From positions 120,001-152,000 of the forward strand of contig NZ_LGHJ01000016.1 of the NCBI RefSeq assembly GCF_001306055.1: 32,000 bases of DNA, written 5' to 3'. Made by a program: the position numbers and the translations under genes. The notes under the pieces were generated by a model, which had not been told where the DNA came from, searched no databases, and was given only the letters and a program-made list of their open reading frames with translations. Shown here one piece after another: positions 26,926 through 32,000 of this stretch (within the stretch, counting starts at the first letter, position 1; the number at the start of each line of letters is the position of its first letter). This DNA is from Bellilinea caldifistulae (GTDB taxonomy: Bacteria; Chloroflexota; Anaerolineae; Anaerolineales; Anaerolineaceae).

Positions 26926-28236
26926 ATGCCAATTGCAGGATTGACCGACCGCGGGCTGGCTTTTCCACAGATCGGCGTTATCCGCAAGGGAGCGCCGAAA
27001 GGTGAAAAATCCCCCGGCAGGGATTTGACATACTTCCGTGTGGAATTCGATGCCAGCCGGCCGGATTTGAAAGAAAAATTCGAGTCATATTACGGCCCGC
27101 AGCCGCGCCGCTTGAATGTAGTCTTTCCGTTCAACGACTTTGACCGCCAGGTTAGCATCTGGTATGAAGCCTACAACAAAGGACGCATGGTAGCGCGGGC
27201 CGGGACGGTGGCCGGATTGGACCCGGCCAGAAATTACTATCTTTTCAAAGCCGATCCGCGCAACGGTGAAGTGCTGGCAAAGGACGGGTACTGGTTATCG
27301 TCCGGTGAGCCGGCGGAATACGACAAGAGCACGCCGGAATACACCATGACCTACACCGGTAAGGACGGCAAAACCAGACAACTGCCCGTGTACTGCAAGC
27401 CGATCACCCGGGTCAAACTGGTGATCCGCGAGCTACGCGAGATGGCGTATGTCTTACTGCGCTCATCCAGTATCTACGATGCGATCAACATCAGCGAGCA
27501 GCTGCTGGCATTGTGGGAATTGACCGGCCACCGCTGGGCCGGTGTGCCGTTGATTGTGTCGCGCAAACCGGTGCAGATCATGTGCCCGGATGAGAACGGC
27601 AATCGCACCTATCGGGAAAAATGGCTGGTGCAGTTCCAGGCCGATCCGTTATGGAGCGAGCAGAAACTGCTGGGCATGAACGCTGAAGCCCTGCGGCTGG
27701 CCTCTGGTGTGGTAGATGCCAGCAGAGCCATAGCCGCCTTGCCGACCGGGATACAGGCAGACGAAGATGATGAAGATGAAGATTACATCGAAGCGGAAGA
27801 ACCCGATGGCTGGGAGGTGAACGCACCAGAAGTGGAGGAAGCGGATGAGGTCATCGAACCGCAGCCGGTCGTTGTGAGCGGGAAAACCAACGGTGCGCGT
27901 CCTTATCCGCCGGAACAGTTGAAAAGTCATCTGTTTGAAGCGGCGGAGAAACTACCGGAAGCAAGCGCGAAGATGATTTCCGAGGTGGCGGCCACGTTGG
28001 AATACATCTATATGTCGAAGGACAAGCGGCAGATGTTTCTTAACTGGTTGTGCGGGAAGGAATCGCTGCGCGAGACGGATAAACAATTGACGGCAGCGCT
28101 GCACAGATGGCTTAAGCCGCAATATTCAAATCAAGCGACTGCATACATCCCTCAGGATGAACACGCCGCAGCGGAGGCAAATGCTGCGCTTGAACAGTAT
28201 CTGGCGGAGACTGGGCAGGAAAAATTGCCGATTTAG
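26926..28236 (+). CDS. 436-aa phage early protein of unknown function with an acidic central/C-terminal region
   Basis: The ORF track gives 26902. I prefer the ATG at 26926, after GGAGGGTAAG. The N-terminal motif IGVIRKGAPKG...DLTYFRVEF and a later block (VKLVIRELREMAYVLLRSSSIYD...GVPLIVSRKPVQI) vaguely recall phiC31 gp3-type RDF-like phage proteins. This is from memory and unverified. Confidence 0.65.
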   Translation: MPIAGLTDRGLAFPQIGVIRKGAPKGEKSPGRDLTYFRVEFDASRPDLKEKFESYYGPQPRRLNVVFPFNDFDRQVSIWYEAYNKGRMVARAGTVAGLDPARNYYLFKADPRNGEVLAKDGYWLSSGEPAEYDKSTPEYTMTYTGKDGKTRQLPVYCKPITRVKLVIRELREMAYVLLRSSSIYDAINISEQLLALWELTGHRWAGVPLIVSRKPVQIMCPDENGNRTYREKWLVQFQADPLWSEQKLLGMNAEALRLASGVVDASRAIAALPTGIQADEDDEDEDYIEAEEPDGWEVNAPEVEEADEVIEPQPVVVSGKTNGARPYPPEQLKSHLFEAAEKLPEASAKMISEVAATLEYIYMSKDKRQMFLNWLCGKESLRETDKQLTAALHRWLKPQYSNQATAYIPQDEHAAAEANAALEQYLAETGQEKLPI

Positions 28237-28308
28237 TCTTTGCCAGCGTCGGCGGCGAGCCTCCCGCACGCCGAGCCGGATAGCGTAACCGGCATTCTGG
28301 AGGAAATT

Positions 28309-28536
28309 ATGCGCATCAAAACATTTGACACCGGCACGCAATTCGCTGATTGGCGTCATCGAAACTGTGAGCGGTGCGCGCTCAGATGGAGAGACAACCG
28401 ATACTTCTGCCTCATCGAGCGCGCGCTCGATGAAGCGTACATTGGAGATGGCTATGTAGATGATGATATCGCGGCGCGAATGGGATACAGCGATACTGAG
28501 TATACCTGGGACTGTCCAGAAAGGATAACAAGATGA
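28309..28536 (+). CDS. Hypothetical phage protein
   Basis: The ORF track gives 28240. I prefer the ATG at 28309 (MRIKTFDTG...), after GGAGGAAATT. Confidence 0.5.
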   Translation: MRIKTFDTGTQFADWRHRNCERCALRWRDNRYFCLIERALDEAYIGDGYVDDDIAARMGYSDTEYTWDCPERITR

Positions 28537-28570
28537 TCGAGCTATTGAAACGCTGCAAGCAAAGGAAATC

Positions 28571-28648
28571 ATGGAGAAATTCTATACGCCAGGCAACCCT
28601 GCCGTGAAAATTGAATTCAAAAATAACAAGGAGGAACTATGTATCTAA
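28571..28648 (+). CDS. Possible 25-aa micro-ORF
   Basis: ATG preceded by AAGGAAATC. It reads MEKFYTPGNPAVKIEFKNNKEELCI* and overlaps the next start. It is below the ORF-track size cutoff. Confidence 0.25.
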   Translation: MEKFYTPGNPAVKIEFKNNKEELCI

Positions 28649-29145
28649 TTCGCTCTATCGCATCACCCGAAACCGCCATTTGCATCACGGAGGAACAACT
28701 GGAGGAAATACGCCAGATGGTCAAAGAGGTTTGCAGGATGTTAAAAAGAGCCAAACTCCCTATAACGGACGTCCAAATGCCGTTCGATAATCGCGAGTAT
28801 TACAACGTCCCTTCGATTGGACTACCAGAACACAATCGCAACAAACTTTATCGCGACTGGTTCTGCGAAATTTCCGAGAAACCCTCCGCGGGGATGGAAT
28901 TTCGCGGCGTTTTTTTACAGTATGGCATATTTACTGATGACAATAAACGTATTGAGTCGGTGAAGGTAAAACCTTACGTTTGCGCTTACCACAAGGAAAA
29001 CGAGCAATACAAGGCAAATTATTTTGAGTTGCCGGAGGAATTACTGCAAACACGAAGAAACGGCAGAAAACTCCAGAAAAATACGGCGGGCGATGTGGTG
29101 GGGACACGCAACTGTCGGCGAGTATTGGATGCCACGCGGGAATGA
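28639..29145 (+). CDS. Hypothetical phage protein
   Basis: 168 aa with AAGGAGGAACT upstream. Confidence 0.6.
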   Translation: MYLIRSIASPETAICITEEQLEEIRQMVKEVCRMLKRAKLPITDVQMPFDNREYYNVPSIGLPEHNRNKLYRDWFCEISEKPSAGMEFRGVFLQYGIFTDDNKRIESVKVKPYVCAYHKENEQYKANYFELPEELLQTRRNGRKLQKNTAGDVVGTRNCRRVLDATRE

Positions 29146-29175
29146 CATACTCATCAAAAAGCCGACTCCCCGCAA

Positions 29176-29203
29176 TCGGGTTCAAATCCCGACCCGCCGA
29201 CTA
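29176..29203 (+). other. tRNA-like T-arm plus acceptor 3' fragment
   Basis: TCGGG-TTCAAAT-CCCGA-CC-CGCCGAC-TA. The T-loop is canonical. CGCCGAC is complementary to GTCGGCG at 29114-29120, but no D-arm or anticodon arm can be drawn in between. Confidence 0.45.
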
Positions 29204-29230
29204 ATAAAAACGCAGCAAAAGGAGGAAAAC

Positions 29231-29326
29231 ATGAAGTTCGATTACTCAGAAATAATACCCCAAAAGGAGGCAGTGATGACGATGAGCCGGCTGGGTGTCA
29301 GTGGATTTGGAGTACTGCCGGAATGA
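29231..29326 (+). CDS. Small 31-aa phage ORF
   Basis: AAAGGAGGAAAAC then ATG. It reads MKFDYSEIIPQKEAVMTMSRLGVSGFGVLPE* and overlaps the next gene as ATGA. Confidence 0.45.
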   Translation: MKFDYSEIIPQKEAVMTMSRLGVSGFGVLPE

Positions 29327-29691
29327 GCGACTATATCTCGTTGCAGCCTGGACTTGAGCGCGCCGTACTGCGCGTGCTGGACAACTACCGCGGAAGAACG
29401 AACGCCATCGGGCGCAATGAATTGACTGCGCTGGTAAAGCGTCTGGGATACCCGACCAGCGAGCGGCAGGTTAGAGAAGCAATCAAGCAGTTGCGGCGGC
29501 AGGGGCATTTGATTTGCTCCGCTCCCGGCGATGATGGCGGGTACTACATCGCTGAAGATATGGCGGAATACCAGGAATTTCGGCGGATTGAGTACGCAGC
29601 AAAGATAAACGACATGATGGAAACTCTGCGGGCGATGGATGATGCAGCGAAAGCGGCGTTTGGCGACAGCGTCCAGATGCGGTTGTGGTGA
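29323..29691 (+). CDS. Probable winged-helix DNA-binding phage protein
   Basis: 122 aa. The segment LRVLDNYRGRTNAIGRNELTALVKRLGYPTSERQVREAIKQLRRQGHLICS resembles a wHTH. Confidence 0.55.
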   Translation: MSDYISLQPGLERAVLRVLDNYRGRTNAIGRNELTALVKRLGYPTSERQVREAIKQLRRQGHLICSAPGDDGGYYIAEDMAEYQEFRRIEYAAKINDMMETLRAMDDAAKAAFGDSVQMRLW

Positions 29692-29698
29692 GGGTGGA

Positions 29699-30550
29699 AT
29701 GAAGCAATGGATCAAGTTATACATTGAAATTCTGGACGATCCGAAAATGGGTCGCATGTCAGATCGTCTGTTCCGGCGCGCAATCGAATTATTTTTGATG
29801 GCGGGCAGGAGCGGAAATGACGGCGTTTTGCCGCCGGTTGACGATCTGGCCTGGATTTTACGCATTGAAGAAACAACACTCGTTGAGGATTTGCATAGCC
29901 TCGCGGCAGTTGGTATTGTCCACGAACAAGAACCGGGCATCTGGGTTGTTACGAATTTTGCCGAGCGACAGGATGCAGACACAAGCGCAGAACGCATTGC
30001 AAATTATCGAAAACAGAAACGTGTAACGAAACGTTACAGCACACGTAACGATGATGTAACGAAACGTTACAACAATAGTAACGAACATGAAACGAAACGT
30101 TACGGAGATAAAGAAGAAGAAGTAGAAGAAGATAAAGAAGAAGAAGTAGAAGAAGAAGTAGATGCAGATGCAAAAAACAGCGGCGGCAACAACAGCGATG
30201 ACATTACTGCATATTTTTCTCCCGAAATGCAACCGCTGATTGAGGCATTTACGGCAACCACAGGCATTTACGCGCCTGTTGGTGGTGGTGGACGCACAAA
30301 ACGTTGGCATGATGCCATGATCGAGCTGATGCGTATGCGTGCGTCGCCGGAAGAAATTACTGCGACCTGCACCGAGATGCTTGGCCAAGGGCTGAAAATT
30401 GCGGGGCCGTGGTCAATCGTCAACGGTCTGAACGTGTACCGTTCGCGGCAGCGTGCGCCGAACGGCAAAAACAAAAATACACCGAAGCCTGCGGAGAAGC
30501 AGTACACGCCGGAGCAAATCTACGAAGCCCTGTACGGAGAAAAACCATGA
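29699..30550 (+). CDS. Phage replisome organizer / DnaD-like replication initiation protein
   Basis: The ORF track gives 29639. I prefer the ATG at 29699, after GGTGAGGGTGGA. The N-terminus WIKLYIEILDDPKMGRMSDRLFRRAIELFLMAG is typical of replisome-organizer N-domains. A repeat-rich linker and a C-terminal domain follow, and it sits directly upstream of a DnaC-like loader. Confidence 0.7.
   Translation: MKQWIKLYIEILDDPKMGRMSDRLFRRAIELFLMAGRSGNDGVLPPVDDLAWILRIEETTLVEDLHSLAAVGIVHEQEPGIWVVTNFAERQDADTSAERIANYRKQKRVTKRYSTRNDDVTKRYNNSNEHETKRYGDKEEEVEEDKEEEVEEEVDADAKNSGGNNSDDITAYFSPEMQPLIEAFTATTGIYAPVGGGGRTKRWHDAMIELMRMRASPEEITATCTEMLGQGLKIAGPWSIVNGLNVYRSRQRAPNGKNKNTPKPAEKQYTPEQIYEALYGEKP
30016..30103 (+). 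repeat. Iteron array: three 33-bp-spaced copies of GTAACGAAACGTTAC (third copy GAAACGAAACGTTAC) plus GTAACG/GAAACG half-sites
   Basis: Copies start at 30023, 30056 and 30089. Each is an inverted repeat GTAACG-AAA-CGTTAC. Extra half-sites lie at 30016, 30045 and 30078. The array is in frame within the organizer gene and encodes VTKRY repeats. Confidence 0.8.
30107..30154 (+). repeat. Perfect 24-bp tandem duplication (gataaagaagaagaagtagaagaa x2) within a 61-nt C-free purine-rich tract
   Basis: Read directly. Positions 30104-30164 contain no C on the plus strand. The repeat encodes DKEEEVEE x2. Confidence 0.85.
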
Positions 30551-31455
30551 CGATCTGGTCACGCATTTGGCCAAGAGAGCTGGAAGTTTACAAATCCAAC
30601 CCAAAAGCCATTCCGATGGGTGGCGGTCCATACCCGAACTTGTGCAGTAACTGTGGCGGCCACGGAGTGATGATGGTATTTGTGATTGATGGCGGACCAT
30701 ATCCTACGCCGATCGGAAAAGTCAAGTGGCTGGACTTGCCGGAAAATCCTCCCGATCCGCAGACACCTAGCAAATCGGGTTGGTATTCGGGCAAACTTGA
30801 GGTGGCACATTGCCCGGTTTGCAAGGATGGGCGCATGGACACTTACATCCAGCAGAACTGTGGTTTGAGCGGAAGTGACCTGTGGGTGAGCATCGAGGAT
30901 TTCAAGACTAGCGGTGTTAACGCGGAAAAAATTACAGCAAAACAAGTTGCTGCTTCACTGCTGGCCATGAACCAGTCACCGAACGGATTTGTAGTTTTCA
31001 CTGGCGGTTACGGGGTTGGTAAAACCCATTTACTTAAAGCCATCACCAATGGCTTTCGCTTAGTCCGAATTATGGCTAAATACAGCACGATGACGGACTT
31101 GCTGGCTGACATCCGCGAGCGGTTTGGGGACGAGCATGGCGTACATGCGGTAGAGGATGCGATTGACGATCTGCGTCGTGCCAAAGTGTTGTGCATTGAC
31201 GAGATAGACCGCGTCAACCTGACGGCCTGGGCGAAAGAGACCATCTTCCGCCTGCTGAATGCGCGTTATGAGGAGCGGGATAAATTATTGACCGTTATGG
31301 CTACCAATCTCGATATCAATAATATGCCGCCGGAACTAGGCTATCTGGCCAGCCGCTTTTCCGGCGGCGTTGTGGTGCAAGTACCCGGACCGGACATGCG
31401 CCAGGCGCAGGGTATCAAGGCACGTAAAGAACTGCTAGAAGAGGTTTTGTCATGA
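30547..31455 (+). CDS. DnaC/IstB-like AAA+ helicase loader with N-terminal zinc-ribbon extension
   Basis: The ORF track gives 30409. I prefer the ATG at 30547, which overlaps the organizer stop as ATGA. Walker A is TGGYGVGKTHLL and Walker B is VLCIDEID, followed by TNL and an Arg-containing C-terminus. The N-terminus has CSNCGG ... CPVCKDG. Confidence 0.8.
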   Translation: MTIWSRIWPRELEVYKSNPKAIPMGGGPYPNLCSNCGGHGVMMVFVIDGGPYPTPIGKVKWLDLPENPPDPQTPSKSGWYSGKLEVAHCPVCKDGRMDTYIQQNCGLSGSDLWVSIEDFKTSGVNAEKITAKQVAASLLAMNQSPNGFVVFTGGYGVGKTHLLKAITNGFRLVRIMAKYSTMTDLLADIRERFGDEHGVHAVEDAIDDLRRAKVLCIDEIDRVNLTAWAKETIFRLLNARYEERDKLLTVMATNLDINNMPPELGYLASRFSGGVVVQVPGPDMRQAQGIKARKELLEEVLS

Positions 31456-31643
31456 AATTCTTAATCGAAAAAAACTTGTGTCCGGTGGGCGAAGAGATTG
31501 AACGTGATCTGGACGACCTGCTGGCCAAACAGCGCATCGAGCCGACGGCCGAGCGCAGTCACGAAATCCACAAGTTGATCAAGTTGTATTTTCGGCATCG
31601 CAAAGAATGTTTTGACTGCAAAGTACAGATCAGGGTGAGATGA
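31452..31643 (+). CDS. Hypothetical phage protein
   Basis: 63 aa with an ATGA overlap. Confidence 0.5.
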   Translation: MKFLIEKNLCPVGEEIERDLDDLLAKQRIEPTAERSHEIHKLIKLYFRHRKECFDCKVQIRVR

Positions 31644-31873
31644 GCATCAATAATCAGAATCAAATCTTCTTTTGCGGATATGTGATGTTCCCGGGTGTGG
31701 ATGTGAACGAGTACTGGGATTTTGTGCGCAAATCCATGCCGATTCGGGACGTCAAAAACGGGCTTGAGATGGGCATATTTCCGCCGGGGCTGGTTATGAA
31801 GGATGATTACAACAATCTTGCGATTGTGGATCGCGACCGGCGGACGTTGAGAAAACTATCCTGGTGGGTATAG
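31640..31873 (+). CDS. Hypothetical phage protein
   Basis: 77 aa with an ATGA overlap and AGGGTGAG upstream. Confidence 0.5.
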   Translation: MSINNQNQIFFCGYVMFPGVDVNEYWDFVRKSMPIRDVKNGLEMGIFPPGLVMKDDYNNLAIVDRDRRTLRKLSWWV

Positions 31874-31882
31874 GAGGCAGAA

Positions 31883-32000
31883 ATGGGAGGAAATCCGTAC
31901 AAACCAAAAAAAGTAAGCGACTGGGTGGACTTGCTGCTGGTGTGTATTCTGGCCTGGCTGCTGGTATTACTTGCCATAGTTTGGCTTCCAGAGATTGTAA
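31883..32000 (+). CDS. Hypothetical phage membrane protein (5' part only)
   Basis: TAGGAGGCAGAA then ATG. It reads MGGNPYKPKKVSDWVDLLLVCILAWLLVLLAIVWLPEIV... and runs off the window. Confidence 0.45.
   Translation, partial: MGGNPYKPKKVSDWVDLLLVCILAWLLVLLAIVWLPEIV

Larger units (their letters stand above)
23867..32000 (+). mobile_element. Prophage-like region (lysogeny switch, early genes and replication module), continuing beyond the window
   Basis: It begins next to tRNA-Val. It has an XRE repressor divergent from a consensus promoter, then more than 20 tightly packed plus-strand ORFs, mostly small and unknown, with ATGA overlaps. A replisome-organizer and DnaC-like loader pair is present. 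No integrase or structural genes are visible within the window. Confidence 0.75.

Noticed and set aside
28126-28572. A 148-aa minus-strand ORF in the phage region.
   Set aside because: It is antisense to SD-led plus-strand genes in a uniformly plus-strand operon. It has no RBS and its sequence looks like low-information frame noise.
29114-29203. Calling the tRNA-like element a functional phage tRNA gene.
   Set aside because: Only the T-arm and an acceptor-like pairing are present. There are two extra nucleotides between the T-stem and acceptor strand, and there is no D-arm or 7-nt anticodon loop. It is kept as a finding, not as a tRNA feature.
30016-30164. The 33-bp and 24-bp repeats as a possible mini-CRISPR array.
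   Set aside because: The repeats are contiguous or overlapping without unique spacers. They lie in frame within a coding gene, and no cas genes are nearby.
29242-30388. Minus-strand ORFs 29242..29997 (251 aa) and 29858..30388 (176 aa, with FFFYFFFFIFFYFFFF).
   Set aside because: They are antisense to the wHTH and replisome-organizer genes. The poly-Phe run is just the complement of the GAA-rich acidic linker.

Overview
The window is a compact bacterial chromosomal segment with Shine-Dalgarno-led genes, many 4-bp ATGA start/stop overlaps, two tRNAs and a tmRNA. The lineage cannot be fixed without a database search. PT-rich LysM proteins and frequent TGn-extended -10 promoters make Chloroflexota/Anaerolineae a guess only.

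Positions 1-23,800 are mostly housekeeping:
- FabL-like SDR, DUF309 protein, class III aminotransferase, trxB.
- LysM wall protein, hemW, TAT-exported L,D-transpeptidase, EamA transporter.
- tRNA-Pro(GGG), ligA, rlmI-like methyltransferase, tmRNA, corA.
- An attEFGH-like ABC module (ATPase, double-FtsX permease, CrtC/AttH-like protein), then tRNA-Val(TAC).

The most unusual locus is a tightly coupled minus-strand operon at about 8.4-14.3 kb. It encodes, in order:
- a small membrane zinc-ribbon protein;
- a 565-aa DUF2207-like membrane protein whose C-terminus is GGGGGG-CACACACA-G-CACACA-GGGR;
- a radical SAM/SPASM enzyme with an N-terminal PqqD/RRE-like domain;
- a clear paralog of that enzyme that has lost every Fe-S cysteine ligand;
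- a class I SAM methyltransferase, followed by a hemerythrin.

No small precursor ORF is present. I therefore propose a RiPP-like system that modifies the tail of a large membrane protein; this is inference.

From about 23,867 to the window end lies a prophage-like early region. It has an XRE repressor and a divergent consensus promoter with TGTCA/TGACA operator half-sites. These are followed by a run of small plus-strand ORFs, a replisome-organizer gene with internal iterons and a C-free purine tract (ori-like), and a DnaC-like helicase loader. A tRNA-like T-arm/acceptor fragment sits inside it.

The supplied ORF track shows GTG/TTG starts as M. Several starts were therefore re-picked using RBS and overlap logic.
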